Shown: positions 9,236-18,733, counted from the first letter of the stretch. The stretch is 64,000 bases of DNA from Caulobacter sp. (GCA_016125585.1 WGLL01000015.1:47668-111667); one strand, 5' to 3'. A program made the numbers and translations. The notes: generated by a model not told the origin, from the letters alone.

Positions 9236-10237
9236 ATGACCCGTCGTATTGCTTTCGTCACCGGAGGCGCCGGCTTCATCGGCTCCAACATCGTCGCCCG
9301 GCTCTGCGAGGACCCCACCCTCGATGTGGTCGTCTGCGACTGGCTGGGCAGCGCCGAGGGCGGAAAGTGGCGCAATATCGCCAAGCATCCGATCGGCGAT
9401 TTCGTGCCGCCGGAAGAGATGTTCGACTGGCTGGAAAAGCGCTGGCGCGACATCGAGATGGTCATCCACATGGGCGCTATCTCCTCGACCACCGAGGCGG
9501 ACGCCGACAAGATCATCCAGACCAACTTCTGCCTGTCGCGCGACCTTTATCGCTGGTGCGCCGACCGCCAGCGCCGCTTCATCTACGCCTCCAGCGCCGC
9601 CACCTATGGCGACGGCGCCGCCGGGTTCGAGGACAATGACGATCTGGAGGCGCTGAAGGCGCTGCAGCCGCTGAACGCCTACGGCTGGTCCAAGGCGTTG
9701 TTCGATGTCTTCGCGGCGCGTCAGGCGGCGCGGGATTACAAGCCGCCTCAATGGGTTGGGCTGAAGTTCTTCAACGTCTACGGCCCCAACGAGCACCACA
9801 AGGACAGCATGAAGTCGGTGGCCGCCCAGATCTTCCCGAAGGTCAAATCCGGCCACACGGTTCAGCTGTTCAAGAGCCACAACCCCGACTACCCCGACGG
9901 CGGCCAGCTGCGCGACTTCGTCTATGTTCGCGACGTGGCCGACGTGGTGGCCTGGCTGATGGACAACCCGCAGGTCAACGGCGTCTACAATCTGGGGTCC
10001 GGCGCGGCGCGCAGCTTCGCCGACATGGCCGAGGCGGTGTTCAAGGCGGCCGGCAAACCGCCGCTGATCGACTACGTCGACATGCCCTACAGCATCCGCG
10101 ACAAGTACCAGTACTTCACCCAGGCGCGCATGGATCGTCTGCGCGAGGCCGGCTACCCGGGGCAGTTCACGCCCCTGGAGGACGGCATCACCGAATATGT
10201 GCAGCGCTACCTGACCGCCAGCGACCCGTATCGCTGA
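9236..10237 (+). CDS. hldD: ADP-L-glycero-D-manno-heptose 6-epimerase
   Basis: VTGGAGFIGSN, HMGAISSTT, YASSAATYG, PLNAYGWSK, GLKFFNVYGPNE.HK. Confidence 0.93.
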   Translation: MTRRIAFVTGGAGFIGSNIVARLCEDPTLDVVVCDWLGSAEGGKWRNIAKHPIGDFVPPEEMFDWLEKRWRDIEMVIHMGAISSTTEADADKIIQTNFCLSRDLYRWCADRQRRFIYASSAATYGDGAAGFEDNDDLEALKALQPLNAYGWSKALFDVFAARQAARDYKPPQWVGLKFFNVYGPNEHHKDSMKSVAAQIFPKVKSGHTVQLFKSHNPDYPDGGQLRDFVYVRDVADVVAWLMDNPQVNGVYNLGSGAARSFADMAEAVFKAAGKPPLIDYVDMPYSIRDKYQYFTQARMDRLREAGYPGQFTPLEDGITEYVQRYLTASDPYR

Positions 10238-10296
10238 GACTCCCCTGGCGGACCGACCTCGAGGGCCACGATGGGACTTAACCCTCGCCGCTGCTC

Positions 10297-11511
10297 ATGC
10301 GAGGTTGGGGCATGTTTCGCAATCTGACTGGCCTTAATCTGACCGGCGTCCGACTGTGGATCGCCCTGGCCGGCGCCGCCGTGGTGCTGCTCCTCATCGT
10401 CGGGCTGCTGGTGTTCCGGGTCGACATTCTGCGCACCTCGCTGGATCCGAGGGTCCCTTTCCAGACCTATGATCCGCCCAACGGCCCCGACTACAGCGAG
10501 AGCCGCGCCTGGGCCCTGATTCCCGGCGCCCCGGCCAGTCCCCGCGCCGACGACCCGCCGGCCGACATCTTCTTCATCCATCCCACCACCTATGACGGCG
10601 GCGATCACTGGAACGGGCCGTTCCGCGACGCCCGGGCCACCCGCATCAACAGCCAGGTGATGCTGCCCAACTATGCCGGACCCTTCGCCAGCGCCGGCCG
10701 GGTGTTCGCGCCCCATTACCGGCAGGCCAGCCTCTATGCCCAGCTGACCCTGCGCGAGGACGCCCGCGAGGCGCGGGAGTTCGCCTATGGCGACGTCCTG
10801 GCCGCCTTCCGAAAATGGAAGGCCGACTATGGCGGCGATCGGCCGTTCATTCTGGTCGGGGTAGAGCAGGGCGGGGTGCTGGCCGCCCGCCTGCTGGCCG
10901 AGGAGATCGCCCCGGACCCGGCGCTGATGAAGCGGATGGCCGCGACCTATCTGATCGAGACCGTGGTTCCGGCCGAGGCCTACGGGCCGACCTCGCCGCC
11001 GCCGGCCTGCACCAGCCGGGCCCAGGCCGGCTGCGTCCTGGCCTGGAAGTCCGGCTCGGCGGTCGAGCGGGGCCGCATCCGCGAGCGATCGCTGGTCTGG
11101 GACAAGGCGGGCCGGCTGGTCAGCCTCGCCGGCCGCCAGCCGCTCTGCGTCAATCCGCTGACCGGAACCGCCACCGATGACCTGATTGCCGCGCGCGCCA
11201 ATCTGGGCGCCGCCAATGCCACCGGCCTCGACTGGGGCGATCGCCCGCCGCTGGTCGCCCGCGCCGTCGAGGCCCAGTGCGAGGATGGGGTGCTCAAGGT
11301 CTCGCGGCCCAAGTCACGCACCCTGCGGCGCAGCGGGGGCTGGGCCGACCGCCTGCGGATGCCGCCCTACAATCTGTTCTACGCCGACATCGAGGCAGAC
11401 GCCCGGGCCCGGGTCGCGGCCCGCATGGGACTGTCGGCCTTCCCGCAGATGGCCCCGCCGATCACCCGCTCGGTGCCCGTCCGCACCGTGCCGACGCACC
11501 GGATAAACTAG
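10297..11511 (+). CDS. DUF3089 domain protein (alpha/beta-hydrolase-like, N-terminal membrane anchor)
   Basis: DIFFIHPTT, RVFAPHYRQA, RPFILVG, LCVNPL. Confidence 0.75.
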   Translation: MRGWGMFRNLTGLNLTGVRLWIALAGAAVVLLLIVGLLVFRVDILRTSLDPRVPFQTYDPPNGPDYSESRAWALIPGAPASPRADDPPADIFFIHPTTYDGGDHWNGPFRDARATRINSQVMLPNYAGPFASAGRVFAPHYRQASLYAQLTLREDAREAREFAYGDVLAAFRKWKADYGGDRPFILVGVEQGGVLAARLLAEEIAPDPALMKRMAATYLIETVVPAEAYGPTSPPPACTSRAQAGCVLAWKSGSAVERGRIRERSLVWDKAGRLVSLAGRQPLCVNPLTGTATDDLIAARANLGAANATGLDWGDRPPLVARAVEAQCEDGVLKVSRPKSRTLRRSGGWADRLRMPPYNLFYADIEADARARVAARMGLSAFPQMAPPITRSVPVRTVPTHRIN

Positions 11512-11879
11512 CCCTCTTCGAGGGTTTTCAGCCCGGCGTAGTTAGGCTGGTCGATGCGCACCTGATCGATGATCGAGGCCTTCAGATGGGCCAGCAGGGC
11601 CGGATCGGTGGGGGAAATCTCGCCCTCGCGGATCCTGGCGCAGAGCTCGCCGTTCAGGCTGCTCCAGTCGCCACCGTGGCCCAGCAGGGCGATCAGCCGC
11701 TCGACCTGGGCCGCCTCGGCGGCGGCCCCGCTCGCCATTTCCCGCTTGATCGCGGCCAGGGCGTTGACCGCCACCCGGGCGTGGAAGGCGTCGCGATCCT
11801 TCAGCTGCGGGCTGACCCGCTCCGCGATGAAGCGGATGACGCTGTCCATCAGTTCGGCGCTGGTGGGATGGCTGATCAT
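11508..11879 (-). CDS. DUF6285 family protein (LvaB-like kinase partner)
   Basis: PTSAELMDSV..F, FHARVAVNAL, HLKASIIDQVRIDQPNY. ATGA overlap with the upstream kinase gene. Confidence 0.75.
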   Translation of the reverse strand: MISHPTSAELMDSVIRFIAERVSPQLKDRDAFHARVAVNALAAIKREMASGAAAEAAQVERLIALLGHGGDWSSLNGELCARIREGEISPTDPALLAHLKASIIDQVRIDQPNYAGLKTLEEG

Positions 11880-12853
11880 GATGCGGCCTCCAGCAGGGCG
11901 ACCAGATCGATCTCGGTCTCGCTGGTCCGCCGCCCGATCATCGCCCGCTCGACCGAGGGGTCCGACCCTGTCGCATAGGCCAGGTACATGGTCAGGCACA
12001 TGCAGCCCCACTTCAGCGACCCCAGCATTTCCCAATAGAGCACCCGCTCCAGCGACACCGCCTTGCCGCCCGCCGCCTCATAGGCCTCCAGCAGGTCGGC
12101 ATAGTCGCCAAAGCCGCCGACGGGCTTGCCCCCACCGAAGCGCCAGCTGCGGGTGCAGATCCAGCCCAGGTCCTCGGCCGGATCGCCCAGATGGGCCAGT
12201 TCCCAGTCCAGAACGCCCGTCAGGCCCTGTTCGGGGTGAACCATGATGTTGCCGTTGCGAAAATCGCCGTGCACCAGCACCGGCGTATCCATCTTCGGCG
12301 CCCGGTCCCGAAGGTAGCGAATGGCGGCCTCGAAGATCGGTCGCTCGGCCCCGGCGCTGCGATAGACGGCCTCGTATTTCTCAAGCTCGGTCAAGGCGCT
12401 GGAGGTGACTAGCTCAGGCAATCCTTCAAGAGGAATGCTGTGGATCGCCGCCAGGGCCTTGCCGCACTGCGCCGCCAGGCCGGGGCGCACGCCGGCGAAG
12501 GGCGGGTCGCGGGCGATGCGCTTGCCCAGGGTCTCGCCCTCCAGCCGGCCCATCACATAGGCCTCGCCGATCTCGCTGTCCGGGGCGCTGACCGCCAGCA
12601 CCCTGGGCACGGGCGCGCCCGCCTTAGACGCCGCCTGGATCAGGGCGGCCTCGGTGGCCAGGGGCACGGCGTTGCCGCTGCCGGCGGCGCTTGGCGGCTT
12701 GCGACGCAGGATCAGCGGCACGCCGGTATCGGTCTCGAAGGCCCAGGTTTCCTGGCTGGCCCCGCCGGACAGGCGGCGCAGGTTGACGGTGGTCTTCGCG
12801 CCGGCGTCAAGGGTCGGGGCGAGGGCGGACAGGGCCTGTTCCAGATCGCTCAT
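11876..12853 (-). CDS. APH/ACAD10-11-like phosphotransferase (LvaA-like)
   Basis: LSGGASQETW, VHGDFRNGN, LDWELAHLGDPAEDLGW. Confidence 0.85.
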   Translation of the reverse strand: MSDLEQALSALAPTLDAGAKTTVNLRRLSGGASQETWAFETDTGVPLILRRKPPSAAGSGNAVPLATEAALIQAASKAGAPVPRVLAVSAPDSEIGEAYVMGRLEGETLGKRIARDPPFAGVRPGLAAQCGKALAAIHSIPLEGLPELVTSSALTELEKYEAVYRSAGAERPIFEAAIRYLRDRAPKMDTPVLVHGDFRNGNIMVHPEQGLTGVLDWELAHLGDPAEDLGWICTRSWRFGGGKPVGGFGDYADLLEAYEAAGGKAVSLERVLYWEMLGSLKWGCMCLTMYLAYATGSDPSVERAMIGRRTSETEIDLVALLEAAS

Positions 12854-12972
12854 GGTCCTCGATTCCGACCTCTCACGCCGCGTCAGTCAAACCCAATCGC
12901 CGCGACTTGCCAGAGGTGACCGTCCGCGCCATCCTCGCCACGCTTTCACGCCCTCGTGGAAGGAGTCAAACC

Positions 12973-12993
12973 ATGCAGGCCACCGCTAGCTGA
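12973..12993 (+). other. Candidate leader peptide MQATAS* upstream of the MFS gene
   Basis: AAGGAG Shine-Dalgarno at 12960-12965, ATG at 12973, TGA at 12991-12993. The SD and start are complementary to 13080-13098. Confidence 0.5.
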
Positions 12994-13111
12994 TCGATCG
13001 CCCGGCGCCAGAGGCGCGCCGAGTGACCATCGCCCAACGCCCTCTCCGGGCGTGGTTTGTCGCGCGCGCCGCGCCGACCGGCCTGCATCGCACTCCTTTT
13101 CGAAAGCTTTC

Positions 13112-14359
13112 ATGACCAGCACCCTCTGGCGTCATGCCGACTTCCTGAAGCTCTGGGCGGCCCAGGCCGTCTCCGCCTTCGGCTCCCGCATCACCCGCGA
13201 GGGCCTGCCGATGGCCGCCGTCCTCACCCTAGACGCCCGGCCGGGAGAGCTTGGCCTGCTGGCCGCCCTCAGCCTTGGTCCGGGCGTCGTCATCGGCCTG
13301 TTCGCCGGCGGCTGGGCCGATCGGCGCAGCCGAAGGCCGATCCTGATCGGCGCCGATATCGCCCGGGTCCTGTTGCTGCTCAGCGTGCCCATCGCCGCCT
13401 GGACGCATCTGCTGGCCATGCCGCAGCTCTATGTCGTCGCCGCCCTCGTCGGCGCCGCCAGCGTGGTCTTCGCCATCGCCGACCACGCCTATCTGCCGGT
13501 GTTGCTGGACCGTGACCAGCTGCTCGACGGCAACAGCAAGCTGGGGGTCACCGACTCCATCGCCGAGATGGGCGGGCCGGCCCTGGCCGGTCTGCTGTTC
13601 CAGATCTTCACCGCGCCCGTCGCCCTGCTGGCCAACGCCGGGACCTATCTGGTCTCGGCGGTCTTCCTGATGGCCATCGGCAAGGTCGAGGCGCCGCCGA
13701 CCGCGCCAAAGGTCCGCAGGCATCCGCTGGAAGACGTCGCCTTCGGCTTTTCAGCGGTCTGGCGCCAACCGCTGATCCGGCCCCTGCTGCTGATGACGGT
13801 GGTGCAGACGCTGTTCGGGTCGTTCTTCTCCAGCCTCTATGTCTTGTTCTGCATCCGGACGGTGGGCCTCTCTCCCGGCCTGCTGGGGGTCGCCATCGGC
13901 GTCGGCGGATTCGCCGCCCTGTTCGGCGCGCTTCTGGTTCCGCGCGCGATCCGGATGCTGGGCTATGGCCGCGCCATCATCATCACTGCGGTGCTGTCGG
14001 CCATCGGCGCCCTGATGACCCCCCTGGCGCCGGCCAGTCTCGTCGCCGGGGCGGCGGTGTTGATCCTCGGCCAGTTCGTCGCCGACCTGTTCGGCGTGGC
14101 GGCGATGATCCCGGCCTCGACCCTGAGGCAGGCGGTGTTTCCGCCGGAGATCCTGGGGCGCACCGGCGCCGTCTTCCACGTGGCGCGGGGCGGCTTCGCC
14201 GTTGTCGGGGCCCTGGTCGGCGGCGTACTTGGCGAGATGATCGGGGTGCGCGAGGCGCTGTTCATCGGCTGTCTTGGCATTCTCGCGGGACCCCTGATCC
14301 TGGTGTCCTCGCCGCTGCGGTCGTTGAAGGCGTTGTCGGAACAACATCCCTCTCCCTGA
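13112..14359 (+). CDS. MFS transporter (DHA3/Mef-like efflux family)
   Basis: WRHADFLKLWAAQAVSAFG, motif A-like GGWADRRSRRPIL, about 12 hydrophobic segments. Confidence 0.85.
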   Translation: MTSTLWRHADFLKLWAAQAVSAFGSRITREGLPMAAVLTLDARPGELGLLAALSLGPGVVIGLFAGGWADRRSRRPILIGADIARVLLLLSVPIAAWTHLLAMPQLYVVAALVGAASVVFAIADHAYLPVLLDRDQLLDGNSKLGVTDSIAEMGGPALAGLLFQIFTAPVALLANAGTYLVSAVFLMAIGKVEAPPTAPKVRRHPLEDVAFGFSAVWRQPLIRPLLLMTVVQTLFGSFFSSLYVLFCIRTVGLSPGLLGVAIGVGGFAALFGALLVPRAIRMLGYGRAIIITAVLSAIGALMTPLAPASLVAGAAVLILGQFVADLFGVAAMIPASTLRQAVFPPEILGRTGAVFHVARGGFAVVGALVGGVLGEMIGVREALFIGCLGILAGPLILVSSPLRSLKALSEQHPSP

Positions 14360-14383
14360 GGGAGAGGTTGGTCCTCGCGCCCC

Positions 14384-16453
14384 TCAGTCCCCTGGTCCGG
14401 CCGGCTTCCAGTCGAACAGTTCCTGCAGCATGCGCAGGGCCTCGCCGCGTTCGGTTCTGAGGGCCGGGTCGCGGGCCAGGATCAGCCGGGCGTCATCGGC
14501 GGCCACGGCGATCAGGTCCCGGTGCGCCACCGGATCGGCCAGGCGGTAGGCGGGAAAACCGCTCTGCTTGAGACCGAGGGGATCGCCGCCGCCGCGCAGT
14601 TCCAGGTCCTTCTCGGCGATCTCGAAGCCGTCGTCGGTCTTTCGCAGGATGTCGAGCCGCTTTTCGGCGGTCTCGCCCAGCGGCGGGTCGTAGACCAGCA
14701 GGCAGCTGCTCTCGCGCCGCCCGCGCCCGACCCGGCCGCGCAGCTGGTGCAGCTGGGCCAGGCCGAAGCGCTCGGCCTGTTCGATGACCATGATGGTGGC
14801 GTTGGGCACATTGACCCCGACCTCGACCACCGTGGTCGCCACCAGCACCGGCAGCCGCCCCTCGGCGAACTCGGCCATGACATGGTCCTTCTCGGGGCCC
14901 GGCATCTGGCCGTGGACCAGGCCGACATGGCCGCCCATTACCTGCCGCAGTTCGACGGCCCGCTTTTCCGCCGCCATCAGGTCCATCTCCTCCGACTCCG
15001 AGACCAGCGGACAGATCCAGAAGGCCTGCGCCCCCTCGGCTACGGCCGCCTTCAGCCGGGCGATCACCTGCGGCAGGCGCGGGGAGGGGACCGCCGCCGT
15101 GGCCACCGGGGTGCGGCCGGGCGGCTTCTCGTCGATGCGGCTGACGTCCAGATCGCCGAACACGGTCAGCTCCAGGGTCCGCGGGATCGGCGTCGCCGAC
15201 ATGGCCAGCAGATGCACCGCCTCGCCCTTGTCCTGCAGCCGCTTGCGCTCATTGACCCCGAACCGATGCTGCTCGTCGATCACCGCCAGGCTCAGGGCCC
15301 GGAACCTCACCTCGTCCTGGAACAGGGCGTGGGTGCCGACCGCCACCCCCGCCGTGCCGTCCATGATGGCCATGACCTTCTCGGCCCTCGCCCCGCCCTT
15401 GTCGCGGCCGGTCAGCAGCACCACCCGCACCCCCTGGGCCTCCAGCAGCGGGGCGATGGTCTCGAAATGCTGCCGGGCCAGGATTTCCGTCGGGGCCATG
15501 AAGGCCGCCTGCCGGCCGGCGTCCAGCACATCGGCCATGGCCAGCATGCAGACCACGGTCTTGCCGCTGCCGACATCGCCCTGCAGCAGCCGGCTCATCC
15601 GCTCGCCGCTGGCCAGATCGCCCCGGATTTCGGAGAGCGCCCGGATCTGCGCGCCGGTCAGTTTCCAGGGCAGGGCGGCCTCCAGCCGTCCGGCCAGAGT
15701 TCCGGCCTGGATCGGCGTCGCCGGATGGGCGCGCCTCGCCGCCTTGCGCTGGGCAAGAGCCAGTTGGTGGGCCAGCAGTTCGTCATAACCCAGCCGCCGC
15801 CGCGCCGCCGACTGCGGCGAGATCTCCGCCTCGCCGACCGGGTTGTGCAGGCTGTCCAGCGCCGCCCGCCAGGATGGCCATTTCTCGCGCGCCAGCCAGG
15901 CGCCGTCCTGCCATTCGGGAAGCTCCGGCGCCCGCTCCAGCGCCTCATGCACCAGCTTGCGCACGGTGCGCGGCGGTAGGCCGGCGGTCGCCGGATAGAT
16001 GGCCTCGATCTCCGGCACCTCGGCGGCCCGCTCGATGGGCAGCAGATAGTCGGGATGGACGATCTGCATCTCCGAACCGAACCGCTCGACCTTGCCGGAC
16101 ACGATGCGCTTGGCCCCGACCGGATGCTGCCGCTCCAGATGCGGACCATGGCCCTTGAAGAAGGCCAGGGTGACAAACCCGGTGGAGCCGTCGAAGGCCC
16201 GGATGCGCCAGGGCTGCTGCAGGGCGCGCGGCGGCATATGGCTGTCGATGGTGACGGTCAGGGTCGCGACCTCGCCCTCGACCAGCCCCATGAAGCTGGA
16301 CGGCCGCCGCTTGACCAGGCTGTGAGGCGCCAGGAACAGCAGGTCGCGCACCAGCGGCCCGGCCAGCTTCTCGACCAGCGGCGCAACCTTCGGCCCCACG
16401 CCCTTCAGCGAGGTCACCGGCGCGAACAGGGGGAACAGAATCTCGGGGCGCAT
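14384..16453 (-). CDS. recG: ATP-dependent DNA helicase RecG
   Basis: MRPEILFPLF, RLLQGDVGSGKT, IDEQHRFG, MSATPIPRTL, QLHQLRGRVGRG. Confidence 0.96.
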   Translation of the reverse strand: MRPEILFPLFAPVTSLKGVGPKVAPLVEKLAGPLVRDLLFLAPHSLVKRRPSSFMGLVEGEVATLTVTIDSHMPPRALQQPWRIRAFDGSTGFVTLAFFKGHGPHLERQHPVGAKRIVSGKVERFGSEMQIVHPDYLLPIERAAEVPEIEAIYPATAGLPPRTVRKLVHEALERAPELPEWQDGAWLAREKWPSWRAALDSLHNPVGEAEISPQSAARRRLGYDELLAHQLALAQRKAARRAHPATPIQAGTLAGRLEAALPWKLTGAQIRALSEIRGDLASGERMSRLLQGDVGSGKTVVCMLAMADVLDAGRQAAFMAPTEILARQHFETIAPLLEAQGVRVVLLTGRDKGGARAEKVMAIMDGTAGVAVGTHALFQDEVRFRALSLAVIDEQHRFGVNERKRLQDKGEAVHLLAMSATPIPRTLELTVFGDLDVSRIDEKPPGRTPVATAAVPSPRLPQVIARLKAAVAEGAQAFWICPLVSESEEMDLMAAEKRAVELRQVMGGHVGLVHGQMPGPEKDHVMAEFAEGRLPVLVATTVVEVGVNVPNATIMVIEQAERFGLAQLHQLRGRVGRGRRESSCLLVYDPPLGETAEKRLDILRKTDDGFEIAEKDLELRGGGDPLGLKQSGFPAYRLADPVAHRDLIAVAADDARLILARDPALRTERGEALRMLQELFDWKPAGPGD

Positions 16454-16456
16454 CGG

Positions 16457-16879
16457 TCAGATCAGCATCGCCGGAACGCCGACCAGAGGGGCCGCTTCCG
16501 ACAGCCGCCTGTCCATGGTGCAGACGGTCGCGCCGTATTCGGCGGCGATTCCCAGATGCAGCGCATCGGCGCCTCTCAGCCCCAGACCATGCTGGTCGGC
16601 GAAACCGGCGGCCGCGGAAAAGCAGTTGGGGACCACTTCGACAAGGCGGAGCGAGTCGGCCACAAGGGCGTGATAGGCCGCCAGGGCGAGGTTTCGGGAG
16701 GCCAGATCAATCTGTCCGGTCCGCAGTTTGAGCGAAAGGGCGGATGACACTTCCGTCGTCACCCACCAACTCACTGTGAGATCCTGTTCGACTTGCTGGG
16801 ACAACCAGGCATAGGCGTCCGGGCTTCGCGGCTCGTTGGTGATCGCCGATATGATCAGGGAGGTGTCGAGATAGAGCAT
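16457..16879 (-). CDS. vapC: VapC PIN-domain toxin
   Basis: MLYLDTS, TEVSSAL, LRGADALHL, CTMDRRL (acidic PIN tetrad). Confidence 0.9.
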   Translation of the reverse strand: MLYLDTSLIISAITNEPRSPDAYAWLSQQVEQDLTVSWWVTTEVSSALSLKLRTGQIDLASRNLALAAYHALVADSLRLVEVVPNCFSAAAGFADQHGLGLRGADALHLGIAAEYGATVCTMDRRLSEAAPLVGVPAMLI

Positions 16880-17127
16880 CAGTAGCGGTCATCATCCCGC
16901 ATCCGCCGCACGAAATCGCCTGCGCTCTCGGTCTCCCGCGGCATCGCGCCGGTCATCTCGCGCAGCGCCGCCACATCGATAGGCCGCCGCGTCTTCAGTG
17001 GCGGGGCCAGCTCGGCGACCAGCTTTCCGCGCCGCGTGATGCTGATCCGCTCGCCGGCCTCGGCCCGCTCGACCAGGGCGCTGAGATGGGTCTTGGCTTC
17101 CGCCAGATTGACCTTCGCCGTCATCAT
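16879..17127 (-). CDS. Phd/YefM family antitoxin
   Basis: VNLAEAKTHLSALVERAEAGERISITRRGKLVAEL. TGATG overlap with vapC. Confidence 0.9.
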   Translation of the reverse strand: MMTAKVNLAEAKTHLSALVERAEAGERISITRRGKLVAELAPPLKTRRPIDVAALREMTGAMPRETESAGDFVRRMRDDDRY

Positions 17128-17136
17128 TGAGCTCCA

Positions 17137-17152
17137 GACCAACAAGTTGGTC
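17137..17152. promoter_or_regulatory. Putative TA autoregulatory operator
   Basis: Perfect inverted repeat GACCAAC-AA-GTTGGTC immediately upstream of the antitoxin RBS. Confidence 0.6.
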
Positions 17153-17186
17153 ACTTTACCACGCAGCTCCCTGCGTCGCCAGCCGG

Positions 17187-18542
17187 TCAGAAGCGCCGCA
17201 TCGGTGCAATCGCCTTCAGGAAGTCCTCGTGCGTGCCGTACCCGCGATGGTCGTCGATCTGCGGCTCCAGCGAATCCGCCTCCAGGATCCACCGCGTCGC
17301 CGCCTTGTAGCGTTCGGTCCGCCGCCAGCGGGCCGTGTCCTCGACCATCGCCCGCAACAGCAGGGCCGCCGCCAGCGGCTGTCGCGCCTCCAGCATCCGC
17401 GCCGCCGGCTCCAGCACCTCGACCGCATCCCCCTTCAGCTCGCCCAGCCGCTCGAAGACCAGGGCCGCCGCCTCGGTTCCCGCCGGCCATTCGGTGAAGA
17501 ACCGCAGGGCAAACAGGGCCTTGGGAAACCGCCGGGCATGGGCCAAGGCCCGGTCCTCGGCCTCGACGTCGTCGAAATCCCCGAGCCGCTTGAGATGATC
17601 GCGCAGCATCGTCGCGTCCAGCCGCTCCTCGAACCGCGCCCAGCGCACCTCCTGCGCCTCGGCGCCGCGGCCCTGGGCCTCCAGCGCCCGCAGCCAGGCC
17701 TTGTCCCAGTCGACCGCGCCCAGGGTGCGGACGTCGCGCTTGGGACGCGAGCGTTCCAGCGCCGCCACGGCCTCATCGACCCGCCCGGCCTGGATCAGCC
17801 GCCCGGCGATCTGGGCCCCGACCCAGGGGTCGGCCGTCTCGCTGTGGCTCCAGGTGGCGACGTAGCCCTCGATGTCGCCCATGGCGTCGGCGATCAGCTG
17901 CACACAGCGGCGCAGGGGCTGGCTGGTGCGGGCCCGGCGGTTCATCACCTGGGTGATCCGGTCGCGCAGCCAGATCATTGCCGGGCGGTCCAGCGCCGGC
18001 AGCACGCCGCCGACCATGCCTTCGGCCAGCCCCAGCTCGTCGGCGGTGACCGCGTCGAACACCCGCTCGGCCAGGCCCTGCGGCGTGGCCTTGGCCGCCA
18101 CCGCCAGCGGCCCCAGATCGGCGACCGCCGCCTGCAGCACCGCTTCGACCTCGCCCTTGCTGTCGTCGACGCGGTCCATCACCGGGTCAGCCAGGGCGAT
18201 CAGCCGCCACATCAGCTCCAGCGCCACGAAGGGGTTCAGCTGCGCCATCGGCCCGGCGATCGCCGCCCTGAGCTGCCGGAACTCCCGGACAAACTCGCCA
18301 TACCGCCGCCAGGTGATGCGCGTGCGCTTCTCGGCGATGGAGGCCATCCGCTTGTCGAGTTCGCCGGCCAGATCCTCCGGCCCGGCTTCTCCGGCCAACT
18401 CCAGCCGCAGCCGCCGCTTGATCGCCGCCTGACCCTCGGTGATCTCCATCATCAGGGCGGCCAGCCGCTCGGCCCCCAGGCTTTCGAGGTTGGCGAGGTT
18501 GAGGGTCTTCTTCGAGCCGGTGCGTTTGGCGGGCGCCTTCAT
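17187..18542 (-). CDS. DUF6880-like uncharacterised helical protein
   Basis: KKTLNLANLESLGAERLAALMMEI...KRRLRLELAG N-terminus. Host-like codon usage. Confidence 0.7.
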   Translation of the reverse strand: MKAPAKRTGSKKTLNLANLESLGAERLAALMMEITEGQAAIKRRLRLELAGEAGPEDLAGELDKRMASIAEKRTRITWRRYGEFVREFRQLRAAIAGPMAQLNPFVALELMWRLIALADPVMDRVDDSKGEVEAVLQAAVADLGPLAVAAKATPQGLAERVFDAVTADELGLAEGMVGGVLPALDRPAMIWLRDRITQVMNRRARTSQPLRRCVQLIADAMGDIEGYVATWSHSETADPWVGAQIAGRLIQAGRVDEAVAALERSRPKRDVRTLGAVDWDKAWLRALEAQGRGAEAQEVRWARFEERLDATMLRDHLKRLGDFDDVEAEDRALAHARRFPKALFALRFFTEWPAGTEAAALVFERLGELKGDAVEVLEPAARMLEARQPLAAALLLRAMVEDTARWRRTERYKAATRWILEADSLEPQIDDHRGYGTHEDFLKAIAPMRRF

Positions 18543-18597
18543 GGCTCCGGGATAGCGGAGGTTGCCTCCGACACAAAGCGCCGACGCCAACGCCCGC

Positions 18598-18733
18598 CGT
18601 CATCCTGGCCCCGTGCCCAGGATCCCTCTATCCGCTGCGACAGGCCGGGAGGGGGAGGGCGCCTCCGGCGCGGGCCAGGCCCTGGTCCGCGCCAACGCGA
18701 CCATGGGTCCCGGGCACAGGGCCCAGGACGACG
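18598..18733. repeat. REPIN-like inverted repeat pair (family A)
   Basis: CGTCATCCTGGCCCCGTGCCCAGGATCCC (18598-18626) and GGGTCCCGGGCACAGGGCCCAGGACGACG (18705-18733). Confidence 0.7.
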
